A stretch of 64,000 bases of DNA from the NCBI GenBank assembly GCA_963693365.1, contig CAVNZM010000007.1, forward strand, positions 4,089,962-4,153,961, written 5' to 3'. Every line of letters begins with the position of its first letter. Within the stretch, counting starts at the first letter, position 1. The notes below the pieces were generated by a model. That model was not told where the DNA came from, made no database searches, and saw nothing but the letters and a program-made list of their open reading frames with translations. Of this stretch, positions 21,525 to 47,751 are shown in pieces. Position numbers and translations under genes: made by a program. This stretch comes from Amoebidium appalachense. Lineage: Eukaryota; Protista; Ichthyosporea.

Positions 21525-21985
21525 AAGTGATTGGATCAATGTTCCCGCCTCTTCGGGGCACCAATCAGATCGTCTTGAATCCAGATTACGATCTACAGGT
21601 ATGCTAGAAAGGCCAATCAGATGTGAAACGATCATGTGCTTTAAGAAAATGTTTACGCAAAAGATCTATATGAGAACTGAAAAACAAAATCGTGGACATG
21701 ATTGGCTCGAGTGTCATCTACCATGTAGTGAATACTAGTGATCAATCAACATAATATCCTTCACTAATTACTCAGTAGACTCAACCAAATAAAGACAAAA
21801 AGAAGACGAAAAAATAGTTTAATTATAGGTTTTTTATATCGCTCTATGATTATTCTCAGGGCTTCTTATGACTCAGTGATCGTGGCTAACAGTCCCAGCA
21901 TCCCAGGTGCCGAGTGGGACCAATAGATCAAAACGACAGGCTATTTTGATTGGCTGTGACATTTTGTCTTGGGGTATAAATTAAC
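21525..21985 (+). promoter_or_regulatory. Putative promoter: CCAAT-box cluster plus TATA box upstream of the beta-helix gene
   Basis: CCAAT/ATTGG at about 21530, 21561, 21613, 21701, 21920 and 21949; GTATAAAT at about 21974, ~300 bp before the ATG at 22276. Confidence 0.45.
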
Positions 21986-22275
21986 GGGGATCACCGCTCA
22001 ACCACATCATTCCATTCTAGCCTAAGCGAAAGCAGTACATACGGCAGAGCACCAAGCCTTCATCGAGATTGGTTACATAATAAACCACTTTTGCTTTCAC
22101 ATACTTCGTCACATATGCGCACATGCTGTAGGTTAGATGAGTAGCAATACTCAACATTAGAGGCCTATAGCTAGCGCTTCACACTTCGAGTGAAGCGAAC
22201 TTGATACATAGCACGCTTCCATTAAAGTTTTCAAGCAGAAAGCAGACACAAAATTTCGTCGTGTAAAAAGCCAGC

Positions 22276-24763
22276 ATGGCTGACGTCGAGTCCAACTACT
22301 ACGGCAAGCAGGGAGGCCACTCCCGGCGCTGTAAAATTCTAAGCGCCGTCGGTCTGGTTGTGGGCCTGGCTGCCATTGGTGGCATCGTTGCTGTGAGTAC
22401 CTCTTGCGCTCTCTCAGACTGCGCGGCTCACTTCAAAATAACATTACCCCCAAGTGCCCTCTGAAATAGATGCATGCCTTTCGTTTTATATGCAGTATAT
22501 TCACTTTTTCCTCTCCCTCTTGTCCTTTGATGTAATTGGCTACACTTTCCCCCCTTTCTGCTTCCGACACTGTGAGTATTTATACGTGTGTGCTATCATC
22601 TATTTCCACAAGATAACAATGGTATTCAATATCTAATATGTTCCCCTTTTCCCGCAGGCTGTTGTTCTTGCAGTTGAGAGGAACTCCGACAACGAAGCCA
22701 TCACATCATCCACCACTATTGCACCCATTCCTACCACGGATTACACACCAACCACCACCATGTTCACCACCGAGTTTACTAAAACAACCACAACGAAAAC
22801 TGTTACAACAACATTATCTACGGGATACACAACTACGGACACCACAACCGAATCCGATGAACCCACAAGCACAACCACAGGTGAAATACCAACCCCCATA
22901 ACCACTAGCGATGAGACGACGTCTACCCTAATAACCACCACCACTACCACTGAGATCACTGATGTTCCGGATCCCATTATAACCACAACCGAAACAACTG
23001 AAACACAAAATCCAACCACAACAACTAGCGAAGACACAACAACCATTATCACCACCACCACCACCACCACCACCACCACCACCACCACCACTACCACAAA
23101 CACGGATTCCGAAACGCAAACCACAGAAACAAGCACGAGTAGTGATGAACCATCAACCACAACCACGACTACGACGGTAGAAACAACGTCTGATATCGTT
23201 AGCTCATACACAACCACGACCACCACAGAATCAACCACCACGGACGAAACCACCACAACAACAACAACCACCGAACCTTCTACCACTATAACATCAATCG
23301 ATACCGCGACATCATCTGAAACCCAGGCAGACTCTACCACCACCACAACAGATTCCACCACCACCACCGAGACGATTTTACCAACCACCAGCACAACCAC
23401 CACCACCGCCACTACCACCACTACCCCTACCGCCACCACCACCACCACCACCACCACCACCCAAGAACCCACATGCGCCCCTCTTCCAGACTGCACGCAA
23501 CAATCATGTGTCAACTCTGTTGCATTCTGCACCGAGTGTGCACAAGGGTTCACTCTCCAAAACGGTAACTGTGTGCCCACTTCCACCGACTGCCCAGTAG
23601 CAGCCGTCGATTCAACATGCTACCCAGATATTTCTACCGCTATCAGCAACGCTAAATCTGGCGCCGTTGTAACAATCTTTGAAGACGGTGTTGTAATTCC
23701 CTCCGAAATTCCCTTCACCAGCAGTATCACCATCCAGGGCAACCCCAAATCGGCCAACCGCGTGCGTATGCTCTGCAACATGGACTCAAAGTGGGGCGCT
23801 ATGTTCCGCGCCAACGGCGACGGGCAGACCGTTGAGATGAAGCACCTCGCCTTCGAGCGCGCATCCGGTTCCGGCCTGTGCACAGTTTTCCGCACGCCCG
23901 ATTTAGGCGACGGCGAGCAGCCCAGTGAAGCAAAAACCACCGTTAACCTTAAGGTGGATGACTGCTCCTTTAGCGGTTTTGAAACCAGCGCCCGCGGAGG
24001 CTCCGCGATTTTCATTGGCAAGACGGAGGGGTTAACAATCCAGAACTCCGTGTTCCACAACAACAAGGTGAACAACTACGTGACGGGTAACGAGCAGGTG
24101 CTCATGTGGATGGGCGGTGGCGCCGTGTGGGTTAAAGATGCATTCGGCACCTTTGTTGTTAAAGACACCGTTTTCAGCGACAACACCTTCCTCTACCCGC
24201 ACAGTCTCGGTGCGGGCCTGATGGTTGCAAAACTTTTCAAGGGTGGAAAAATGGATGTCACCGGTTGCACTTTCACAAACAACATGGCCTCTGCCGGCGG
24301 CGGTTTGTACGTTGGTGATATTGACTACGGCACAAAGCTCACTCTGGACTCTACCTTTGATAGCAACGAGGCACACGAGTTTGGTTGGAAGTCCCGCGGT
24401 GGCGCCGTGTGGCTAGAACAGATCCACGGCAACGCCGATATTTCCGGGTCTTTCCGCAACAACAAGGCGCTGAGCGGCCGCGGCGGCGCTATTGCGAATA
24501 ATATGGTTGTTGGTAAGGTGAACCTTAACGCAGAGTTTAAAAACAATGTGGCGGGAGCAACGGGTGCGATTTGGGATTCTTGGTCGTCTAAGGTGCCTGT
24601 TATGGGCAATGGACAGGTGTCCCTGCTTGGGTCTAGCGTGGTTGAGGGAAACAGTGCTAGCGGCGACACGCTGATGTACTTTAACGGCGGTGGGGTGACG
24701 TGGTCTGCTAAGAGCTTTAACGGCAAGACCATTACGTTCACCGCCAACGGGTTGAGCCAGTAG
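22276..24763 (+). CDS. Type II membrane protein (~740 aa): N-terminal TM anchor, Thr-rich mucin stalk, Cys-rich linker, right-handed beta-helix with Pmp-like GGA(I/V)/FxxN repeats
   Basis: Exon 1 22276-22392 (RRCKILSAVGLVVGLAAIGGIVA|GTGAGT); exon 2 22658-24763 in frame. Repeats FHNN..GGGAVW, FTNNMASAGGGLY, FDSN..GGAVW, FRNN..GGAI, FKNN..GAI. Confidence 0.9.
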
Positions 24764-25119
24764 CCTAAATTTACTGATGGTTATTTTGTATAGACTAGGT
24801 AGTAAGTTATGCACGAATGTATTGTGAAGGCTCTGCAATTATAAAATAACTGATGATTGTACCATTCAAAAAAATTGTTGTTAGTGTTTATAGCATAATG
24901 TGTATTGTGAGTTGTACAGAATGTCTTATCATCCTCGCCCCATGCGCTGTGCGCAGGGGTTGTACGGTACCTTGCAGCAATTGCGCCGTGGGGATAAGTT
25001 TTTATATATATATCATGAATGTGCATCTTTATTCGTTGCACCAATGATTACCTCCACATAGAATCACACATCAGAAGATAAAGTATGCCCCCTACTACCC
25101 CCCCCCCACCCCCCCTCCA

Positions 25120-25192
<73 letters not shown>

Positions 25193-25535
25193 CCACACAA
25201 ACACACAGTATCCATACTCCCCTCCTAGTCTTCCCCCCCCCACCCCCCCCCGTCCCCCTATCCCCCCTCTTAGCCAGTTACCGACTGGTTTGCTCAAAAA
25301 ATACGCATGTTTGGGGGTAACGTTAACGTGGGCGGAGGAGGAGGAGACAAGGGGGAGAGACAAGAGGAGTGGGGCGAACGAGAATCGGAACCTCAGAGGT
25401 TGGGGGGGAGGTTACTTTAAAGTGATACAAAGCCTAAGTGTCATGCTTCCTCCTTGTGTAGCTGCCAGCCTCATCTACCAATCCTTTTACCTCCCCTTCC
25501 CCCTCCCTAGCTCCCTCCTCCTTCCCCACGACACA

Positions 25536-25606
<71 letters not shown>

Positions 25607-25619
25607 ACACACACACCGT

Positions 25620-25726
<107 letters not shown>

Positions 25727-25989
25727 AACACACACACCCAATACACACCCAATACACACACACGTGACGGTGTGCACTATTCTCTTCTCCTTCTTTTCTG
25801 TCCTGGATGTAAATGCTGCTCCTTGCCCCTCTGCACGGCTTTAACCCCAATACCTGATTACTTTGAACCATGCCCCCCCCCCCCCCCCCCCCCCTCGGCC
25901 CCTTCCCGTTCTACCGTGGACTACATGATTGCCCATTGGTTTCTACACCATGCTCTATGAGGGTCCAACCACTGTGCTGCAACCCTGCG

Positions 25990-26248
25990 AGCTGAATTAT
26001 GTTACAAAATGCAGAGTTTTTCTGCAGAACTATTGAGCTGTGAGCAGAACATCAGTTTTGGCAAAATCACATATGCTTTGAACAGAATTATCCTACAAAA
26101 AACAGAACAACTCTGCATAAGGCAGGAGTATTCTGCTCACAGCAGCCGAATAAAATTGCCCCCAGCAGAATAGTTCTGCTGTAAAAAACTTGCTGAATAA
26201 TTCAGTTAAAAGCAGGAATAGTTCTGTTTTTTGCCGAATAATCGGCTT
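25990..26248. repeat. Array of ~12 imperfect 15-bp palindromes GCAGAAnnnTTCTGC at ~20-23 bp spacing
   Basis: Examples: GCAGAGTTTTTCTGC 26011, ACAGAACAACTCTGC 26102, GCAGGAGTATTCTGC 26122, GCAGAATAGTTCTGC 26165, GCTGAATAATTCAGT 26192, GCCGAATAATCGGC 26233. Confidence 0.75.
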
Positions 26249-26395
26249 GGAATTTAGTTTACAAGCTGCCACATGATCCGGCTGACGTGAATGGGCCGTT
26301 CTAGGATTGAGTCCCTCCCCCCCCCCCCCCCCCCCTCCCTCCCCTCCCCTCCCCCCTCCCCCCTCCCCTCCCTTCTCCCCCCCCCCCCCCCCCCC

Positions 26396-26453
<58 letters not shown>

Positions 26454-26741
26454 AAAGCCACCCACACTTTTTGCAGTTATGCTCTTCGGGCACCTGATTG
26501 TACATAATTGGTGTGGGTGGGTAACACTGTGCTTGTGGGCGGACCCTGTTTAAGGGGAAGCAGGGAGAATGCAGCGACCGCGATGTGCTTGGGTGGTTAA
26601 ATAACTATAAATCCGTGTGCTTTGTGACACTGAAGTTTGCGAGCATGTGTATGTGCGTGTGATCTCCCCCCCCCCCCCCCCCCCTCTCTCTCTCTGTACA
26701 TGTGTGCGGGGGATGTATGGCCCGGGGCTTGCCGTGGTTCC

Positions 26742-26860
<119 letters not shown>

Positions 26861-27513
26861 CGCGCGCGCGCGCGTGCGCTCGTGCAAGAATGTGGTCCGT
26901 GTGGGGACATGAGTGTCCGTGCCGATGTGTGTGTGCTGATATGTGCATAGGCATTTGTGCCAGGTTTGAGTAATTGCTTTTGTGCGTGCAAAGATAGGCA
27001 GAGTTGTGGGGCTTCTTCGCGTGTGCCCTGCATCATATGTGAACATGCACACTTGTAGGTTGCAAAAAGAATCATCAGACTTCTCCAAAAAACTCCTGCT
27101 TTTGACGTGCCGAAATGGGCTATTTTGCTTTCCATTTCATGCGCTAGTTGGAATATGAAAATTCATCCCTTTTGGATGCCCTGAAAGTATGAGTGTTCTG
27201 CGCAACACAGGCTGATATAGCATGATGGCAGGTGTTACCCAATCAAAATTAGCCAATTATTGACACGCCAATTTTGGCAGGTGGCTAACCAGAAAAGGTT
27301 AGTTTTGTCCCCGTGCTGGCTAACTTTTTGGCTGCAGCGGTGCCTGCAGGACTATTATTTTTACAAAACAATATAGTAAAAATTATAAGCTTTCAGGAAA
27401 CATAGATAACAGCCGAAAAAGCGCTCTTGAGGGCTGATAACATTGCTACAAACTCAGCCATTCCCAAAAGCCATTATGCTGGCTGATATCCTATTTCTTG
27501 AAATTTCAATCAG

Positions 27514-31916
<4,403 letters not shown>

Positions 31917-32157
31917 ACTGTGATTGGTGGATCTCGGAATGTGTAGTTTGAAGGTTTGCAGTGCCGGCGGATTGGATGGAGTTTCCTTCGGATGTTTTGT
32001 ATAGTGTTATGAACTTGATTTGCTGTGATTCATGTACCCCCCTCCCCCCCCCCCTCCCCCCCCCCCCCCCCCCCCCTAGCGATCTTAAACAAACGCATAC
32101 GCACACACACACCCACACACCCACACACACCCACACACACAAACAGCCATGCACACA

Positions 32158-32189
<32 letters not shown>

Positions 32190-32201
32190 CACACATGCAC
32201 G

Positions 32202-32247
<46 letters not shown>

Positions 32248-32256
32248 GTAACACAT

Positions 32257-32302
<46 letters not shown>

Positions 32303-32791
32303 CCCATTTTTTAGTTTGTTTTTGGTTTGAAGCAGATATTCAACAATCGATATTTAAATTATAACCCACCGTGAATAGTGAATGGTATACGGCACGTTGA
32401 TATGGCTTTGAACCTGTTATCGAATTCAGAAAATACACGTATGTCAGTAATCTATATGTCTTTCAGATTGAGTAAAGTTGTTAGTAGGGAATAATGTTCA
32501 CGGTAGACCATACGTGTTTCGTGCTCTTTTTAAATCTGAAATCATTGTTCTAAGAACAAAGATAGCAATGTGACCTGTGATTGGTAGGTCTCGGGTTGCA
32601 AATGTTCCTGTGCCTTTGAAATAAACAGTCCCCCTCACAAGATTTTGTTGTACTGTTAGATTTTCAGTCTGAGCATCCTCTGAAGCTGTCCCTTAAATAT
32701 TTGCGCTATGACCCTCATCCCCATCCTCATCATCCTCCCCACCCCCTCCATCCCCCTTCCTCCCAAAACACATGTGCGCGCATGCACGCCC

Positions 32792-33040
<249 letters not shown>

Positions 33041-33651
33041 GACACACACGTGCACAAACACACCCACACACCCATGCACGCAAGCTCACACACGCACAAC
33101 GACCACTAAAACCGTGCTGTATTCATTGGCCCTGTGTGCAGGTACACACTTTGTGATAAAGCCAGCAGAAGTTGACTTACGAGTCCGACAATGCGAAGTT
33201 GATGTTTGTTAAGGTGAACGTTAAGGTTTGAAGGTTTTGAGCGATGTGACGGTCTGCCTAGACGTAAAACGCAAGAAAAAACCGAGCATTTTGAAGAGTT
33301 CAAGCAACTTAAAGACCCTCACACAAGTGAACTGCTTAAAAAGCATTGTGACGTATTTTTATTCAAGGCTTCCAGTCCATCACTCATAAATCACCCATCC
33401 ACCGTGTACACCTGAACCATTTGCATTGCACAGGCGTATACACATTATCCGCCAAATAAGTCCCAAAAATACAACATATGCAGCTCATCTATGATACTGT
33501 TCCTGAGCCGTTTTCCAAATTACCGCGACAATAGAGTTCTCAAACTGCAAACAAAAAACCCCATAGCCATCTGAACCCCTCCTTTATTTCGAAAATTAAT
33601 TACATCATATAAACACCCTCGTCTCCGTGGACATCCCCCCTAACCCCCAAT

Positions 33652-33915
33652 TTACACTTCATTTTCATAATGCTTGGGGTTTTTGCGATGCAGCCTCCAG
33701 TGCTCATCCTCCGCATACCACATGACCCCAGCCATCAGCACAAAGGGGGGCACCACATCAAGAATGTTTTCCGTCACACGCCGGTACAAATTTGCCGGCC
33801 CGTGGGTCCAAACCCCAGCAAAAGCGCGCTGGTGGAAGGGAGAGAGGGAGTAGGAGATGACCCCCTTCATGCGGCCATAGTTGCCCCAACGGAAAAGGCC
33901 GGCGGTCCCTCCCAT
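33652..33915 (-). CDS. QCR8: Cytochrome b-c1 complex subunit 8 (QCR8/UQCRQ), 87 aa
   Basis: MGG...WGNYGRMKGVISYSLSPFHQRAFAG...RRV...VVPPFV...RKNPKHYENEV*, containing the family YSLSPF.Q and RKNP motifs. Probable 5'UTR intron 34320-33971 (GTGAGT...TTCAG). Confidence 0.93.
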   Translation of the reverse strand: MGGTAGLFRWGNYGRMKGVISYSLSPFHQRAFAGVWTHGPANLYRRVTENILDVVPPFVLMAGVMWYAEDEHWRLHRKNPKHYENEV

Positions 33916-33985
33916 GTTGGTGGTGTGGTGGTGGGTGAAATGATTCAGAAGTTGGAGTGTTTGAAAAGTGCTGAAGGGTAGAGGG

Positions 33986-34044
<59 letters not shown>

Positions 34045-34098
34045 AGCGCGCGCGCACGCGCGCGTGTGTGCGCAAGAGGGGGGAGGGGGACTTGTGTG

Positions 34099-34131
<33 letters not shown>

Positions 34132-37100
34132 TTGTATGTGTGTGTGGTGTGTCGTGATGGGGCGGGGGAATTGAAAGCATAAAAAGGTGTTGGCTCCTTG
34201 GTTGGCTCGTGAACTTCGAGACGGGGGAAGGGTGGGGGGGTTGGGGGGGGGGGGGGGGGGGGGGAAGGGGGGGGGGATTATAAATTGAGAACAAAGGCCT
34301 TGATGTCTTTTTGTACTCACAGTTGCATGGTCATAAACACTAACAGATGGGTCTGGCGTTCGGATTTGACTAGGCCTCCCTATGCACGCACACTCAAATG
34401 CAATTAAGCTACATTCTAACTTCGGTAAGGGCTATGATAATTTTGTTTTTTTCAAACTGTATGTAGTGCCCAGGGCCGTCTCTCTCTCCCCCCCCTCCCC
34501 CCCCCCCCCCCCCTCCCCCCCCCAGCTCCCCCCCTCCCCCTCTTTCTCTCTCTCACTCCTGCCCCTTCTCCTGCTGTAACACCTGAAAATACAGTCTCCC
34601 CCCCCCCCCCCCCCCCCTCCCCTCCCCTCCACCCCGGGGGGGGGGGGGGGGGGGGTAATTTGGGTATACCCGGCTTCAGCTCCCAAATGCAGTGACTGTC
34701 GCTGAGAGAAAAATAATTCTGTAAAAACGAGCCTTGAAAAAGGAAGGAGAAAATGCGATAGAAGCCGGACAAGATTGTAAATCAATTGCATGTTTAGCAA
34801 ATCACTATCCAACCACTGCGGCACCCCTACTTCTCTTTATTGTACATGTCTTTCTATGTTCTTCCTCGTTTTATTTTATTTTTTATGTGTTCTTTTCTTG
34901 GATCAATATTCCGTGACCCACATTCCAAGCATCCAAAATCACTGTGGAATGCACGTGGGTGGACCCCAGAGTTGAATATAGAGACTCGAACAACCACGTG
35001 CACCTTCGAATTCATCAACATGTACAACTGTTACCATAACGGCAAAAGGAAACATGCACACATTTGCAAGAATTTCAAGATTTCAAGAGACCATGGCCCC
35101 AACCAAATTGCTCTGTAACAGAAGGAAAGAAAGAGAACGAGACTGTTTCCCGACCACTCAAAAACATACACACCTTGCCAAGAGTCTCTCAGGACTATAC
35201 CACTGCTGTTCTATTGAAACCCAGAGTAGAAAAACAAATTAAACCTCACGTCTGCGTGGGGGAAACTTTGAAAACGTCGTGAAGTTCTGGAGTTTGCCAC
35301 CTACAGTACATGCACCTTACAGAAACATCAGCCCTCAAATTTTTGCAGGACTCAGCAAACACATGCACACACACGTTCATTGGTTGCCATACGTTTATGA
35401 CGTCACGAGAATTCCCACGTGTCACGTGTGTCCCTTTCTTTGGTGACACGGGTGCCACTGCAAGTGCACGTGTTGTTGGACACCTAGTAGTGCAGATTAA
35501 AACCCGAGTCTCTTTGAAGTTGTAAGCCATATGCATATGCACGCAGACAGTGTAGCTTGCACATTGAATTAGTTTCAAGCAGTGCTAGCTATTAGCGAGA
35601 AACGTATTTTTTCAATTAAGTCAGAACAAAGTATAAACAAAATATGGCACAACTTGCGGGCGCCCTCATTTGTGCGGGGCCTACGTAGGCCTGGCAGCCT
35701 CACACATTTTTTTTTTACATCTCACGGTCACAATGGTCACTTGAAATTTTCATGTAATTTTTTCGGGGCACCATTTTTCTTTAACGGGTACTTAGTCACC
35801 TGGAAAGGCACATGCAGTTGGCATGTATGTACATGCTTTCTAATCGCATGCATGTACGTCGACATCGTCAGGGCTCTCAGGCGCGTTCGTGCGCTGCAAG
35901 GAGAAGCTGTCTACAAAACGGAGAGGCACGCAGGCTTCGAGGTGATTTATTGCTCTATACATATCCTCCGATCATGCACTGTATAAATATAGTATGTAGT
36001 GTAGACGTAAATGTAGCTGTACATGTACAGTGTGTCACGTGAATGAGGACTGAAACGAACTTGGAAGTTGACACGTGCACTGCACACATGTTGTTATCAA
36101 AGCCTTGGCTGTTCAAGGCTTACATGGAGGTGTTCTTGCAGGCTGGAGCGAAGCAAATGGAATCCAAGATCTAGAGTTGAAGAGCACAGAAGATCCTCAT
36201 GAGGATACTCTTCAATTGCCAGGAATAATTTGGTAGCAAAATGCAGCAAAAACAAGAGGTCATGAGGCATGAAAAATTATGAATGGTAATCATGTATATT
36301 TTTTATTGTTGATAGCCATCACGTTTTATGTCTGTTACAACTTACAGTGTTAAGGATGACAGATGAGCTGCGCGCAACACCGGACTGACAAGCAGATACA
36401 TAGCCAAATTTGCCACGCTCTGATCAAGACAACACTGATTGGCTTAACACGCACCAAGTGCTGTCAAGCAGGATCATAAGAATATCTGAATTTCATTCCG
36501 GCAAGCTCAAATTTCTAGTTTAGTATAACAAATGTTGTAAATGCCCCGATTAATCGTAAATAGATCCTGATATATCCCCCTCTTTTAGGACAAGCTATAA
36601 AAAGGTCCTCAAAGATATTTTTCCCAACGAAATTGGGGTCCTACTGCATCGAATTTCGGTGCTAATGGGGTGCGCGGTAGCACTTTTTGATTGGCTGTAC
36701 TTGTCAAGCCTTCTTGCTGTGACAGGACTCCGGCCCGGTGCAGAGAACAGAAAAGCCTGAGAGAAAACACACCTAAACATGCGTAACTTTGTTCTTTAAG
36801 TGACATAGAACGTTGTATTTTGTTACCAAAACTACTGCTACTGATCACATCGGCATCAATTTATCCATTTGGCCGGAAACATCATCCATATTTCACTCTC
36901 GAGCTTCCAAGCGTGCAAGATTGGATCTCTGACGGTCTCAAACCCTTTTTGTGAGTTGTTTTACGAACCGGTTTTGTTTTTGAGGGTACCTCGCAAGAAA
37001 GCGCATCGTGCTACCATAAATAGAAACGCAAGAAACAGGTGGAAATTCTGCATAGCACATAGCTTTTTATGCCCAGCCCCTCACTTTGCTGCTGTTCAAC

Positions 37101-37789
37101 CATACAACCCTAGATCTAAGATGTAGTGGTGTCTGCCTACCTCTTGCCCATTCACGCACCTGGTTTGCAACATACTGTGCCACGAGTATTTTTAGGGTGC
37201 TGTGAAGAACGAGCGGCTGTGTTCGTGTGGACATTTATTCGGAGGCGGTGGGTGCTGGGGTGTGTTTATGTGCTTAACGTGTTACCTGTTGTATCCCTTG
37301 CCATCGCACACGCACTACTGTGTGCAGTAATGTTGCACTTCTTGCATGTGCCAGCAACTGACTTTCTGCCATCATTTCTTCCACCGCACGTACTGTGTCT
37401 GAATGGTGCGTGTTCTTGCAACATCATGCACAATGTTGATTTTTCCCATGTTTTTGTGGTTGCAAACGAGTGTTCTGCCTTTAGCCACACTCAGGTCGAT
37501 GCGCACGCTTGCGAAACATTCGCCTAGTAAACCTACACACACACACGCATGCATGTAGGAGAAGACATACACAGGCTCAGGCACATTTGTGCCTACAAGC
37601 TCTTTATGGACCCAAGCAGTTCGGGATCTTGCATGTTGTCGTGTTTTTATTGTGTCCTATGTTCTTCTCCCCCCCCCCCTCCCCCCAAAAAAAAAAAAAA
37701 AAAAAAAAAAAACGGAAATACAATGAATGAAGAAATGTGTTACTCGTCGTGAATGTGTACATCATGCTCTGTAAACTATTGTTTTGATT

Positions 37790-37846
<57 letters not shown>

Positions 37847-38315
37847 ACTTCCCCACCTTTCGTTTGGACCCCTTTTCCTGGGAGGAACACCCTATTATTT
37901 TATTATAAAGTGACATCAGTTTGGTGGAATTCATGCTCCATTTTATTGAAAAATGCATCTCCCTAAAGCTCCAGGCAAATTGGGCTAGAAGAGAGCCATT
38001 CACACCCGGCATATTCGAGAAGAAATTCCAACCCCTTTCCCTCCTGACTGTTAATCGATCTGGAGAACCACATGTCTGTAAAGCACGTGGGCGTTTTTGA
38101 TTTCCTTTTCGATTTCTGATTATCATGATTTTATTGGCAGGGAACCGTTTTTTTTTTGTTTTTTTTTGTTTTTTTTTCCCTTTTTTTGGGGGGGGGGAGG
38201 GAGGGGGGGAGGAGGGGGGGCAGGGGGGCGGGGGGAGGATTGTGGGCATAGGAGGACACGGAGCGCAACACCAACACATTCCACTGTCTCCACAGGGCCA
38301 ATCACAGCCGGCCCC

Positions 38316-46020
<7,705 letters not shown>

Positions 46021-47244
46021 CACGCACCCTTTAAAGAAAGGGTGGCTGTTGAAATTTAATTTTATAGATGTGGCGCGAAAATGTGCGAGTGATCTGGTCG
46101 AAAAAATGGCATATATATATGGGTGGAAATGTTATTGGTTTTTTTGTGTTGGAATTGTGGAGTTCGGTGTTTGTTTGGAGGTGGAGCCCCAAATGTCCAT
46201 GTTTAGCGAAAGCCTGGCGGCATGACTGAGCGTATTTTTAGTGAAAATTAAAGTTATAACGTTAGATTGGGTGTGGTTGCACACCTTTTAGTTGGACACA
46301 TAAACATGTATGTCACTAGCAAAAAACTAAATAGTTTTTGCCTGAACCCTTTCTGAATGAACCGTGGTCACAGTCATGCACGATAGTGAGTAATCTTAAA
46401 GTTAAAATTCTAAATTAAATCAAGACTGTGGACATTATTAGTTTAGGTATTTAAGCTGTCCTATAGCTATGACCTACCACATTTGGCTACAACCATTCAA
46501 CTTGGAACCGGCACATAGCCACGAATTCCAGGAAACTCGTTACACGTGTGGGGCACTTCAGAGTTGAAGATAATGCAAAACACCAACGACAATGATATTT
46601 AGGTTTCCTTGTTCATTTGGCAAAGTCTGAAACACACAGAATGGTAACCCCTCTTCCCTTCACTGTGTGATGGGCATGCACACATACCCACACACGTAAG
46701 CGTGCACACACCATGCTCAAGCAAACTACACGAAAAAAAGTGTGCATCAACAGGACATGTTTTGGCCCGAAGACCAATTGCCGCATGATAACTTATATGA
46801 ACCTCGTTGCAATCGAGCTCACACCCGTGCATAATTTACCCTTTTACACAAGCTGCTGTTTGCCTATAGCTATATATGCCTGTCTGACATCGGGCACATC
46901 CCCCCCCCCCCCCCCCCCCCGCGCCCACCCAAATACGTAAGGGCCAGGCACAAATTAACAAGAAAATCACCACACACACACACACTCTCTCTCTCTCTCT
47001 CAACCCCACCCTCGCCCACCCAAAATAAGGGTCTCATCCTACAGATCGTGGACACACATTGTTGCTAGATTCACTGGGGGGTTATATGAACCAGGAGGTT
47101 TAGAGAGTAGCGGACGTTGCAATGCATGTGTGTGCTTGTTACTGCTTGCGTTTACGAATGAGGCCATCGTTGTTAGTCGTTTTCTTTCCCTTTTTCCTTT
47201 TGTCTTTCATTTTCTCTCTCTCTCTCTTTCTTTTTGTTTTGGTT

Positions 47245-47280
<36 letters not shown>

Positions 47281-47309
47281 TTTTTTTTTCGTGTGTGTGC
47301 GTGCGGGCA

Positions 47310-47344
<35 letters not shown>

Positions 47345-47751
47345 GAAGACACCCGACACCACCACGTTACGGTTGCAACAGACCACTTATATATCAACGT
47401 TTATTCCCTTTATTGGGTTAAAAAACAACGACGTTCTTTGAATAACTCAGTGGCTTAGGGTCTCACTCAAGAACAGATACAAAAAGATCTCAAACAAAAT
47501 TTGCTGGCTGATGGGTTGCGCACTTTTATGTTTTTGTGGCCAGGTGCAATAAAATCGGTGCAAATGTCAGCTCCCAATTGCCTACAGTGGAATGTATTGG
47601 ATATATGTCACTACAAATATATTGCATATGAACCTATATCTCCACACCAATAAATCAACCATGTTTTGTCGGTACAACCAACACTCCACATATGGTGAAG
47701 CTACCTACAAAGGATCAAGCAGAATAGGATGTTGCATTCCCCTCCCTCCCA

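Noticed and set aside
22741-23586. 281-aa Val-rich minus-strand ORF
   Set aside because: Antisense shadow of the Thr (ACC) stalk.
34950-36080. CACGTG E-box / TGACGTCA cluster
   Set aside because: CACGTG arises readily at CA/GT junctions in this genome; enrichment cannot be shown without a background model.
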